Shown here: in pieces, positions 35,413 to 48,800 of the stretch | Layout: every line of letters begins with the position of its first letter | Position numbering within the stretch: the stretch's first letter is position 1 | DNA from: Nemertoderma westbladi | Lineage: Eukaryota > Animalia > Xenacoelomorpha | DNA length: 64,000 nucleotides | Direction of reading: 5' to 3' | Assembly: GCA_032718475.1 (NCBI GenBank) | Contig: JAUCBJ010005016.1 | Location: 124,001 to 188,000, forward strand | Translations under genes and position numbers: made by a program | The notes under the pieces: model-generated | What the model saw: only the letters and a program-made list of their open reading frames with translations | Databases searched by the model: none | What the model was told of the DNA's origin: nothing

Positions 35413-38400
35413 ATGGAGCGGGAGTATATGACGTAGTTTGTAGAAGAGACCACCAGTCCTAGTGGAGCGGGAGTATATGATGTAGTTTGTAGAAGAGACC
35501 ACCGGTCCTAATGGAGCGGGAGTATATGACGTAGTTTGTAGAAGAGACCACCAGTCCTAGTGGAGCGGGAGTATATGATGTAGTTTGTAGAAGAGACCAC
35601 TGGTCCTAATGGAGCGGGAGTATATGACGTAGTTTGTAGAAGAGACCACCAGTCCTAGTGGAGCGGGAGTATATGATGTAGTTTGTAGAAGAGACCACCG
35701 GTCCTAATGGAGCGTGAGTATATGACGTAGTTTGTAGAAGGGACCACCAGTCCTAGTGGAGCGGGAGTATATTACGTAGTTTGTGGAAGAGACCACTGGT
35801 CCTAATGGAGCGGGAGTATATGACGTAGTTTGTAGAAGAGACCACCAGTCCTAGTGGAGAGGGAGTATATGACGTAGTTTGTAGAAGAGACCACCGGTCC
35901 TAATGGAGCGTGAGTATATGACGTAGTTTGTAGAAGGGACCACCAGTCCTAGTGGAGCTGGAGTATATGATGTAGTTTGTAGAAGGGACCACTGGTCCTA
36001 ATGGAGCGGGAGTATATGGCGTAGTTTGTAGAAGAGACCACTGGTCCTAATGGAGCGGGAGTATATGATGTAGTTTGTAGAAGAGACCACTGGTCCTAAT
36101 GGAGCGGGAGTATATGACGTAGTTTGTAGAAGAGACCACCGGTCCTAATGGAGCGAGAGTATATGATGTAGTTTGTAGAAGAGACCACTGGTCCTAATGG
36201 AGCGGGAGTATATGACGTAGTTTGTAGAAGAGACCACCAGTCCTAGTGGAGCGGGAGTATATGACGTAGTTTGTAGAAGAGACCACCGGTCCTAATGGAG
36301 CGGGAGTATATGATGTAGTTTGTAGAAGAGACCACCAGTCCTAGTGGAGCGGGAGTATATGACGTAGTTTGTAGAAGAGACCACCGGTCCTAGTGGAGCG
36401 GGAGTATATGACGTAGTTTGTAGAAGGGACCACCGGTCCTAATGGAGCGGGAGTATATGATGTAGTTTGTAGAAGAGACCACTGGTCCTAATGGAGCGGG
36501 AGTATATGATGTAGTTTGTAGAAGAGACCACTGGTCCTAATGGAGCGGGAGTATATGATGTAGTTTGTAGAAGAGACCACTGGTCCTAATGGAGCGGGAG
36601 TATATGATGTAGTTTGTAGAAGAGACCACCAGTCCTAGTGGAGCGGGAGTATATGACGTAGTTTGTAGAAGAGACCACCAGTCCTAATGGAGCGGGAGTA
36701 TATGATGTAGTTTGTAGAAGAGACCACTGGTCCTAATGGAGCAGGAGTATATGATGTAGTTTGTAGAAGAGACCACTGGTCCTAATGGAGCGGGAGTATA
36801 TGATGTAGTTTGAAGAAGAGACCACCAGTCCTAGTGGAGCGGGAGTATATGACGTAGTTTGTAGAAGAGACCACCGGTCCTAGTGGAGCGGGAGTATATG
36901 ACGTAGTTGGTAGAAGGGACCACCGGTCCTAATGGAGCGGGAGTATATGATGTAGTTTGTAGAAGAGACCACTGGTCCTAATGGAGCGGGAGTATATGAT
37001 GTAGTTTGTAGAAGAGACCACTGGTCCTAATGGAGCGGGAGTATATGACGTAGTTTGTAGAAGAGACCACCGGTCCTAATGGAGCGAGAGTATATGATGT
37101 AGTTTGTAGAAGAGACCACCAGTCCTAATGGAGCAGGAGTATATGATGTAGTTTGTAGAAGAGACCACTGGTCCTAATGGAGCGGGAGTATATGATGTAG
37201 TTTGTAGAAGAGACCACTGGTCCTAATGGAGCGGGAGTATATGACGTAGTTTGTAGAAGAGACCACCGGTCCTAATGGAGCGAGAGTATATGATGTAGTT
37301 TGTAGAAGAGACCACTGGTCCTAATGGAGCGGGAGTATATGACGTAGTTTGTAGAAGAGACCACCAGTCCTAGTGGAGCGGGAGTATATGATGTAGTTTG
37401 TAGAAGAGACCACTGGTCCTAATGGAGCGGGAGTATATGACGTAGTTTGTAGAAGAGACCACCAGTCCTAGTGGAGCGGGAGTATATGATGTAGTTTGTA
37501 GAAGAGACCACCGGTCCTAATGGAGCGTGAGTATATGACGTAGTTTGTAGAAGGGACCACCAGTCCTAGTGGAGCGGGAGTATATTACGTAGTTTGTAGA
37601 AGGGACCACTGGTCCTAATGGAGTGGGAGTATATGACGTAGTTTGTAGAAGAGACCACCAGTCCTAGTGGAGCGGGAGTATATGACGTAGTTTGTAGAAG
37701 AGACCACTGGTCCTAATGGAGCGGGAGTATATGACGTAGTTTGTAGAAGAGACCACCAGTCCTAGTGGAGCGGGAGTATATGATGTAGTTTGTAGAAGAG
37801 ACCACCGGTCCTAATGGAGCGTGAGTATATGACGTAGTTTGTAGAAGAGACCACCAGTCCTAGTGGAGCGGGAGTATATGATGTAGTTTGTAGAAGAGAC
37901 CACCGGTCCTAATGGAGCGTGAGTATATGACGTAGTTTGTAGAAGGGACCACCAGTCCTAGTGGAGCGGGAGTATATTACGTAGTTTGTAGAAGGGACCA
38001 CTGGTCCTAATGGAGCAGGAGTATATGACGTAGTTTGTGGAAGAGACCACCAGTCCTAGTGGAGCGGGAGTGAATGACGTAGTTTGTAGAAGAGACCACT
38101 GGTCCTAATGGAGTGGGAGTATATGACGTAGTTTGTAGAAGAAACCACCAGTCCTAATGGAGCGGGAGTATATGACGTAGTTTGTAGAAGGGACCACTGG
38201 TCCTAATGGAGCGGGAGTATATGACGTAGTTTGTAGAAGAGACCACCAGACCTAATGGAGTGGGAGTATATGGCGTAGTTTGTAGAAGAGACCACCAGTC
38301 CTAATGGAGCAGGAGTATATGACATAGTTTGTAGAAGGGACCACTGGTCCTAATGGAGCGGGAGTATATGACGTAGTTTGTAGAAGGGACCACTGGTCCT

Positions 38401-40663
38401 AATGGAGCGGGAGTATATGACGTAGTTTGTAGAAGGGACCACTGGTCCTAATGGAGCGGGAGTATATGACGTAGTTTGTAGAAGAGACCACCAGACCTAA
38501 TGGAGTGGGAGTATATGGCGTAGTTTGTAGAAGAGACCACCAGTCCTAATGGAGCGGGAGTATATGACGTAGTTTGTAGAAGGGACCACTGGTCCTAATG
38601 GAGCGGGAGTATATGACGTAGTTTGTAGATGGGACCACCGGTTCTAATGGAGCGGGAGTATATGACGTAGTTTGTAGAAGAGACCACCGGTCCTAATGGA
38701 ACGGGAGTATATGACGTAGTTTCTAGAAGAGACCACCGGTCCTAATGGAGCGGGAGTATATGACGTAGTTTGTAGAAGAGACCACCGGTCCTAATGGAGC
38801 GGGAGTATATGACGTAGTTTGTAGAAGGGACCACTGGTCCTAATGGAGCGGGAGTATATGACGTAGTTTGTAGAAGAGACCACCAGTCCTAATGGAGCGG
38901 GAGTATATGACGTAGTTTGTAGAAGAGACCACCGGTCCTAATGGAGCGGGAGTATATGGCGTAGTTTGTAGAAGAGACCACCAGTCCTAATGGAGCGGGA
39001 GTATATGGCGTAGTTTGTAGAAGAGACCACCGGTCCTAATGGAGCGGGAGTATATGACGTAGTTTGTAGAAGGGACCACCGGTCCTAATGGAGCGGGAGT
39101 ATATGACGTAGTTTGTAGAAGGGACCACTGGTCCAAATGGAGCGGGAGTATATGACGTAGTTTGTAGAAGGGACCACTGGTCCTAATGGAGCGGGAGTAT
39201 ATGACGTAGTTTGTAGAAGAGACCACCAGACCTAATGGAGTGGGAGTATATGGCGTAGTTTGTAGAAGAAACCACCAGTCCTAATGGAGCGGGAGTATAT
39301 GACGTAGTTTGTAGAAGGGACCACTGGTCCTAATGGAGCGGGAGTATATGACGTAGTTTGTAGATGGGACCACCGGTTCTAATGGAGCGGGAGTATATGG
39401 CGTAGTTTGTAGAAGAGACCACCGGTCCTAATGGAGCAGGAGTATATGACGTAGTTTGTAGAAGGGACCACCGGTCCTAATGGAGCGGGAGTATATGACG
39501 TAGTTTGTAGAAGAGACCACCGGTCCTAATGGAGCGGAAGTATATGACGTAGTTTGTAGAAGAGACCACCGGTCCTAATGGAGCGGGAGTATATGACGTA
39601 GTTTGTAGAAGAGACCACCGGTCCTAATGGAGTGGGAGTATATGACGTAGTTTGTAGAAGGGACCACTGGTCCTAATGGAGCGGGAGTATATGACGTAGT
39701 TTGTAGAAGAGACCACCGGTCCTAATGGAGCGGGAGTATATGACGTAGTTTGTAGAAGAGACCACTGGTCCTAATGGAGCGGGAGTATATGGCGTAGTTT
39801 GTAGAAGAGACCACCGGTCCTAATGGAGCAGGAGTATATGACGTAGTTTGTAGAAGGGACCACCGGTCCTAATGGAGCGGGAGTATATGGCGTAGTTTGT
39901 AGAAGAGACCACCGGTCCTAATGGAGCTGGAGTATATGACGTAGTTTGTAGAAGGGACCACCGGTCCTAATGGAGCGGGAGTATATGATGTAGTTTGTAG
40001 AAGTGACCACCGGTCCTAATGGAGCGGGAGTATATGACGTAGTTTGTAGAAGAGACCACCGGTCCTAATGGAACGGGAGTATATGACGTAGTTTGTAGAA
40101 GAGACCACCTGTCCTAATGGAGCGGGAGTATATGACGTAGTTTGTAGAAGGGACCACTGGTCCTAATGGAGCGTGAGTATATGACGTAGTTTGTAGAAGA
40201 GACCACCAGTCCTAGTGGAGCGGGAGTATATGATGTAGTTTGTAGAAGAGACCACTGGTCCTAATGGAGCGTGAGTATATGACGTAGTTTGTAGAAGGGA
40301 CCACCAGTCCTAGTGGAGCGGGAGTATATGGCGTAGTTTGTAGAAGGGACCACTGGTCCTAATGGAGCGGGAGTATATGACGTAGTTTGTGGAAGAGACC
40401 ACCAGTCCTAATGGAGCGGAAGTATATGACGTAGTTTGTAGAAGGGACCACTGGTCCTAATGGAGCGGGAGTATATGATGTAGTTTGTAGAAGAGACCAC
40501 CGGTCCTAATGGAGCGGGAGTATATGACGTAGTTTGTAGAAGAGACCACCGGTCCTAATGGAGCGGGAGTATATGGCGTAGTTTGTAGAAGAGACCACCA
40601 GTCCTAATGGAGCGGGAGTATATGGCGTAGTTTGTAGAAGAGACCACCGGTCCTAATGGAGCG
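35413..40663 (+). repeat. 49-bp satellite array (~107 monomers)
   Basis: Same monomer and orientation. Confidence 0.99.
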
Positions 40664-42887
40664 TGTTACGGTATATGGCGCTGTACTTACATTATTAGCC
40701 ATTATACAGTATAATATATTGGTCCATTATGCAGTATAATATATTAGTCCGTTATACTGTATGCAATATTAGTCCGTTGTGCAGCATAATATTTTAGATA
40801 AGGCATAATAGCGCAGTGATGTTTAGATAGGGAAATCGAAACGGCCATATATTTTGAACCCATCCATTTTGTATAGTATGTAGCCTTACCTACGTAATTT
40901 TGTATTAGGATATAGGTAGATAGTTCCAGGGTAGCAAGTTCAGTTGGACCCTGGATTTTGTGCTTGCTGTTATTAGCTTCAATAGGGCTAGCATAGGGAC
41001 GCTGTCCTGGCCATTCAGCAGCCAGGGACATGATCCATTACCATATATGGTAATAATTTGAGGGTTGGGAAGCAATAGGGCTACAATCCGGCCTCCTTAT
41101 TGGACTAACTGCTTCCAGGTTGGTCTAATGCTAGCGCGGACTGGAGAGCCAATAGGAGAGCGATTGAGTCACCCTATTGCATCACCCCACTCGGATCACC
41201 TATAAATTGGCGGTGTGCCGGTAGAGCTGTACCTATCACCAACCTTATTCTCCTACAATCCCTATTCACTTTTTGATGGATAATTTAGCGTATTTCTGCA
41301 ATTTGCTATTTTCGATTAATTTCTCAAAATGATTTGCTAGTGCGATTATTCTTGATTGTGTTTCTCAATTAATCCTATCGATTACTGCTAATTACAACCG
41401 GAACTATGATTTCTATCTTTTGTTAATGGTTCTATGTGATTCCTTTCTACGCAATAATCCTAAGGGATTTCTGAGACTGTCAGACTTTGTGATTTGCATG
41501 CGCCGCTACGGTAGCTATTAGCATAATGGAGGGCTAAGGTGCCAGTAGGCGGTGGGCTCATCGGGGGGTTAGCGACGAAGGGAGTGCGGAGGATTCAAAG
41601 GCGGGCAACGCTGGCGGGGGTCAACGTTGCGGTCGGGCAATTTGGACTGTGGGTTGGAGACCGCTCGCCGGTACAGTAATTAGGGGGCTGATGATCCAAG
41701 GTTTTGTCTCTATTTAGTATTAGGGGGGCAGGAATTGGGTTAGTTAGGAAGCCTAGATGTACCCGGGAGGGGCCTGCATACCTTACAGTAAGTGAGTAAG
41801 TTGCGAGTAAGTAGATTGCGAATTAGTCAATTGCGAATTAATACGTTGCGAATTATATAATTGCAGATTGTATAATTGCAAGTCGTGCTATTGTGATCTG
41901 TGATTGCTGACGCTGATTGGTGTGTTACTGAAGTGTGCCTATGATTACGAATGCTGAGGTAGGCGCCCCTTTCTCTTTGATTGATTTCTATTTCTTAGTT
42001 ACAACAAATAATTACTGATTAGGTCAAAGTAATACGGCATTTTAGGCTATTACTAGCGAAACCTGTTGTGTAATAAATTTGAATTACGCATTCTGGAACT
42101 CTTAGTAATTAGTGCGCTGTTACATATTTGTGACTGTAATTGATTAGTAAAATTAAGAATTAGTACGCAGCATAGCGGAGAGTAGCTAAGGTAATAATTT
42201 AGAGTACCGTAAACTATTCACGCTAAGCGGTTATTTGCATTAGCGGGCAATAAACTAGATCGCAGTAGTCAGTACGCAAGACACTAGTAAGTTGCTGGCC
42301 TAAAGCCAGCTGCAGGCAAGTTTAGACCCAGAGCGGTATCACCTATGAAAGACATTGTACTGTACCATTTTTGATTATTTTAAATATTCTCGCATTCACA
42401 CATTCTGTTAGGGAACCCTCAGTATTCGCGATTAGAAAAGACGTAAGCATTGGCGTATTTCAGTAGTAAAATTAGGCGTAAGAATACTCTGAGTGCAAAG
42501 CCCCTCGCACTCGTCTTAAGTAAGCTTAGGGAGCCGACTCGGGTTTATTGTTTTGGTTATTCCCGCGTGGCTCATAGATTCGAACAGTTAGCTCTCTATC
42601 GAGCGATCGGTAGAGAAAGGAACAAGCGATTTTGCAGGAGTTGTGTAAATTTAGTAAAATATATTAGCGGACGGCAGATTAGCGCCATCCAACGGTAAGT
42701 AGCTGTTTTGTATTTAGCAACCCTTACAATTTAGTAATAGCACACTCCTGATCCCCTTTACTTAACAGTAGAGCAGTCTTTGTGTCTTATTGGTTAGGCG
42801 AGAGCTCATTAGGTTGGCAGAGAGGTATACGGGTATTTGTCTGTTCAACAGTTCTGCTGTTAGTATAGGTGTCGCGGTTGTTTAACA
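40664..42887. mobile_element. Solo LTR (2224 bp)
   Basis: TGTTA...TAACA termini; 5-bp TSD GAGCG/GAGTG; non-coding; CCAAT (~41149) and TATAAA (~41201) motifs. Confidence 0.82.
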
Positions 42888-45800
42888 GAGTGGGTGTATA
42901 TGACGTAGTTTGTAGAAGGGACCACCGGTCCTAATGGAGCGGGAGTATATGACGTAGTTTGTAGAAGAGACAACCAGTCCTAATGGAACGGGAGTATATG
43001 ACGTAGTTTGTAGAAGAGACAACCAGTCCTAATGGAACGGGAGTATATGACGTAGTTTGTAGAAGAGACCACCGGTCCTAATGGAGCGGGAGTATATGAT
43101 GTAGTTTGTAGAAGAGACCACCGGTCCTAATGGAGCGGGAGTATATGACGTAGTTTGTAGAAGAGACCACCGGTCCTAATGGAGGGTGAGTATATGACGT
43201 AGTTTGTATAAGGGACCACTGGTCCTAATGGAGCGGGAGTATTTAACGTAGTTTGTAGAAGAGACCACCGGTCCTAATGGAGCGGGAGTATATGACGTAG
43301 TTTGTAGAAGGGACCACTGCTCCTAATGGAGCGGGAGTATATGACGTAGTTTGTAGAAGAGACCACTGGTCCTAATGGAGTGGGAGTATATGACGTAGTT
43401 TGTAGAAGGGACCACTGGTCGTAATGGAGCGGGAGTATATGACGTAGTTTGTAGAAGAGACCACCGGTCCTAATGGAGCGGGAGTATATGACGTAGTTTG
43501 TAGAAGAGACCACCGGTCCTAATGGAGTGGGAGTATATGGCGTAGTTTGTAGAAGAGACCACCAGTCCTAATGGAGCGGGAGTATATGGCGTAGTTTGTA
43601 GAAGAGACCACCGGTCCTAATGGAGCAGGAGTATATGACGTAGTTTGTAGAAGGGACCACCAGTCCTAATGGAGCAGGAATATATGACATAGTTTGTAGA
43701 AGAGACCACTGGTCCTAATGGAGCGGGAGTATATGACGTAGTTTGTAGAAGAGACAACCAGTCCTAATGGAACGGGAGTATATGATGTAGTTTGTAGAAG
43801 AGACCACCGGTCCTAATGGAGCGGGAGTATATGACGTAGTTTGTAGAAGAGACCACCGGTCCTAATGGAGCAGGAGTATATGACGTAGTTTGTAGAAGAG
43901 ACCACCGGTCCTAATGGAGTGGGAGTATATGACGTAGTTTGTAGAAGGGACCACTGGTCCTAATGGAGCGGGAGTATATGACGTAGTTTGTAGAAGGGAC
44001 CACTGGTCCTAATGGAGCGGGAGTATATGACATAGTTTGTAGAAGGGACCACTGGTCCTAATGGAGCGGGAGTATATGACGTAGTTTGTAGAAGGGACCA
44101 CCAGTCCTAATGGAGTGGGAGTATATGACGTAGTTTGTAGAAGAGACCACCGGTCCTAATGGAGCGGGAGTATATGACATAGTTTGTAGAAGAGACCACC
44201 AGTCCTAGTGGAGCGGGAGTATATGACGTAGTTTGTAGAAGAGACCACCGGTCCTAATGGAGCGGGGGTATATGACGTAGTTTGTAGAAGAGACCACCAG
44301 TCCTAATGAAGCAGGAGTATATGACGTAGTTTGTAGAAGAGACAACCAGTCCTAATGGAACGGGAGTATATGACGTAGTTTGTAGAAGAGACCACCAGTC
44401 CTAGTGGAGCGGGAGTATATGACATAGTTTGTAGAAGAGACCACCGGTCCTAATAGAGCGGGAGTATATGACGTAGTTTGTAGAAGAGACCACCAGTCCT
44501 AATGGAGCGGGAGTATATGACGTAGTTTGTAGAAGAGACCACCAGTCCTAATGGAGCGGGAGTATATGACGTAGTTTGTAGAAGAGACCACCGGTCCTAA
44601 TGGAGCGGGAGTATATGACGTAGTTTGTAGAAGAGACAGCCGGTCCTAATGGAGCAGGAGTATATGACGTAGTTTGTAGAAGAGACCACCGGTCCTAATG
44701 GAGCGGGAGTATATGACGTAGTTTGTAGAAGAGACCACCAGTCCTAGTGGAGCGGGAGTATATGACGTAGTTTGTAGAAGAGACCACCGGTCCTAATGGA
44801 GCGGGAGTATATGACGTAGTTTGTAGAAGAGACCACCGGTCCTAATGGAGCAGGAGTATATGACGTAGTTTGTAGAAGAGACCACCGGTCCTAATGGAGC
44901 GGGAGTATATGACGTAGTTTGTAGAAGAAACCACCGGTCCTAATGGAGCAGGAGTATATGACGTAGTTTGTAGAAGAGACAGCCGGTCCTAATCGAGCAG
45001 GAGTATATGACGTAGTTTGTAGAAGAGACCACCTGTCCTAATGGAGCGGGAGTATATGACGTAGTTTGTAGAAGAGACAACCGGTCCTATTGGAGCGGGG
45101 GTATATGACGTAGTTTGTAGAAGAGACCACCGGTCCTAATGGAGCGGGAGTATATGGCGTAGTTTGTAGAAGGGACCACTGGTCCTAATGGAGCGGGAGT
45201 ATATGACATAGTTTGTAGAAGAGACCACCGGTCCTAATGGAGCGGGAGTATATGACGTAGTTTGTAGAAGGGACCACCAGTCCTAGTGGAGCGGGAGTAT
45301 ATTACGTAGTTTGTAGAAGAGACCACTGGTCCTAATGGAGCGGGAGTATATGGCATAGTTTGTAGAAGAGACCACCAGACCTAATGGAGTGGGAGTATAT
45401 GACGTAGTTTGTAGAAGAGACCACCAGTCCTAGTGGAGCGGGAGTATATGACGTAGTTTGTAGAAGGGACCACTGGTCCTAATGGAGCGGGAGTATATGA
45501 CGTAGTTTGTAGAAGGGACCACCGGTCCTAATGGAGCGGGGGTATATGACGTAGTTTGTAGAAGAGACCACTAGTCCTAATGGAGCGGGAGTATATGACG
45601 TAGTTTGTAGAAGAGACCACCAGTCCTAGTGGAGCGGGAGTATATGACGTAGTTTGTAGAAGGGACCACTGGTCCTAATGGAGCGGGAGTATATGACGTA
45701 GTTTGTAGAAGGGACCACCTGTCCTAATGGAGCGGGAGTATATGACGTAGTTTGTAGAAGGGACCACCGGTCCTAATGGAGCGGGGGTATATGACGTAGT

Positions 45801-48800
45801 TTGTAGAAGAGACCACTAGTCCTAATGGAGCGGGAGTATATGACGTAGTTTGTAGAAGAGACCACCAGTCCTAGTGGAGCGGGAGTATATGACGTAGTTT
45901 GTAGAAGGGACCACTGGTCCTAATGGAGCGGGAGTATATGACGTAGTTTGTAGAAGGGACCACCTGTCCTAATGGAGCGGGAGTATATGACGTAGTTTGT
46001 AGAAGAGACCACCAGTCCTAATGGAGCGGGGGTATATGACGTAGTTTGTAGAAGAGACCACCGGTCCTAATGGAGCGGGAGTATATGACGTAGTTTGTAG
46101 AAGGGACCACCGGTCCTAATGGAGCGGGGGTATATGACGTAGTTTGTAGAAGAGACCACCGGTCCTAATGGAGCGGGGGTATATGACGTAGTTTGTAGAA
46201 GAGACCACCAGTCCTAATGGAGCGGGGGTATATGACGTAGTTTGTAGAAGAGACCACCGGTCCTAATGGAGCGGGGGTATATGACGTAGTTTGTAGAAGA
46301 GACCACCAGTCCTAGTGGAGCGGGAGTATATTACGTAGTTTGTAGAAGAGACCACTGGTCCTAATGGAGCGGGAGTATATGACGTAGTTTGTAGAAGAGA
46401 CCACCGGTCCTAATGGAGCAGGGGTATATGACATAGTTTGTAGAAGAGACCACCAGTCCTAGTGGAGCGGGAGTATATTACATAGTTTGTAGAAGAGACC
46501 ACTGGTCCTAATGGAGTGGGAGTATATGGCGTAGTTTGTAGAAGAGACCACCAGACCTAATGGAGTGGGAGTATATGACGTAGTTTGTAGAAGAGACCAC
46601 CTGTCCTAGTGGAGCGGGAGTATATGACGTAGTTTGTAGAAGGGACCACTGGTCCTAATGGAGCGGGAGTATATGACGTAGTTTGTAGAAGGGACCACCA
46701 GTCCTAATGGAGCGGGGGTATATGACGTAGTTTGTAGAAGAGACCACCAGTCCTAGTGGAGCGGGAGTATATTACGTAGTTTGTAGAAGAGACCACTGGT
46801 CCTAATGGAGCGGGAGTATATGGCGTAGTTTGTAGAAGAGACCACCAGACCTAATGGAGTGGGAGTATATGACGTAGTTTGAAGAAGAGACCACCAGTCC
46901 TAGTGGAGCGGGAGTATATGACGTAGTTTGTAGAAGGGACCACTGGTCTTAATGGAGCGGGGGTATATGACGTAGTTTGTAGAAGAGACCACCGGTCCTA
47001 ATGGAGCGGGGGTATATGACGTAGTTTGTAGAAGAGACCACCAGTCCTAGTGGAGCGGGAGTATATTACGTAGTTTGTAGAAGAGACCACTGGTCCTAAT
47101 GGAGCGGGAGTATATGGCGTAGTTTGTAGAAGAGACCACCAGACCTAATGGAGTGGGAGTATATGACGTAGTTTGTAGAAGAGACCACCAGTCCTAGTGG
47201 AGCGGGAGTATATGACGTAGTTTGTAGAAGGGACCACTGGTCCTAATGGAGCGGGAGTATATGACGTAGTTTGTAGAAGGGACCACCGGTCCTAATGGAG
47301 CGGGGGTATATGACGTAGTTTGTAGAAGAGACCACTGGTCCTAATGGAGCGGGAGTATATGACGTAGTTTGTAGAAGAGACCACCAGTCCTAGTGGAGCG
47401 GGAGTATATGACGTAGTTTGTAGAAGGGACCACTGGTCCTAATGGAGCGGGAGTATATGACGTAGTTTGTAGAAGGGACCACCAGTCCTAATGGAGCGGG
47501 GGTATATGACGTAGTTTGTAGAAGAGACCACCTGTCCTAATGGAGCGGGAGTATATGACGTAGTTTGTAGAAGAGACCACCAGTCCTAATGGAGCGGGGG
47601 TATATGACGTAGTTTGTAGAAGAGACCACCGGTCCTAATGGAGCGGGAGTATATGACGTAGTTTGTAGAAGGGACCACCGGTCCTAATGGAGCGGGGGTA
47701 TATGACGTAGTTTGTAGAAGAGACCACCGGTCCTAATGGAGCGGGGGTATATGACGTAGTTTGTAGAAGAGACCACCAGTCCTAATGGAGCGGGGGTATA
47801 TGACGTAGTTTGTAGAAGAGACCACCGGTCCTAATGGAGCGGGGGTATATGACGTAGTTTGTAGAAGAGACCACCAGTCCTAGTGGAGCGGGAGTATATT
47901 ACATAGTTTGTAGAAGAGACCACTGGTCCTAATGGAGCGGGAGTATATGACGTAGTTTGTAGAAGAGACCACCGGTCCTAATGGAGCAGGGGTATATGAC
48001 ATAGTTTGTAGAAGAGACCACCAGTCCTAGTGGAGCGGGAGTATATTACATAGTTTGTAGAAGAGACCACTGGTCCTAATGGAGTGGGAGTATATGGCGT
48101 AGTTTGTAGAAGAGACCACCAGACCTAATGGAGTGGGAGTATATGACGTAGTTTGTAGAAGAGACCACCTGTCCTAGTGGAGCGGGAGTATATGACGTAG
48201 TTTGTAGAAGGGACCACTGGTCCTAATGGAGTGGGAGTATATGACGTAGTTTGTAGAAGGGACCACCAGTCCTAATGGAGCGGGGGTATATGACGTAGTT
48301 TGTAGAAGAGACCACCAGTCCTAGTGGAGCGGGAGTATATTACGTAGTTTGTAGAAGAGACCACTGGTCCTAATGGAGCGGGAGTATATGGCGTAGTTTG
48401 TAGAAGAGACCACCAGACCTAATGGAGTGGGAGTATATGACGTAGTTTGTAGAAGAGACCACCAGTCCTAGTGGAGCGGGAGTATATGACGTAGTTTGTA
48501 GAAGGGACCACTGGTCTTAATGGAGCGGGGGTATATGACGTAGTTTGTAGAAGAGACCACCGGTCCTAATGGAGCGGGGGTATATGACGTAGTTTGTAGA
48601 AGAGACCACCAGTCCTAGTGGAGCGGGAGTATATTACGTAGTTTGTAGAAGAGACCACTGGTCCTAATGGAGCGGGAGTATATGGCGTAGTTTGTAGAAG
48701 AGACCACCAGACCTAATGGAGTGGGAGTATATGACGTAGTTTGTAGAAGAGACCACCAGTCCTAGTGGAGCGGGAGTATGTGACGTAGTTTGTAGAAGGG

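Noticed and set aside
40664-42887. Solo LTR as partner of the BEL element at 55847
   Set aside because: Different termini, no visible similarity, and it has its own TSD.
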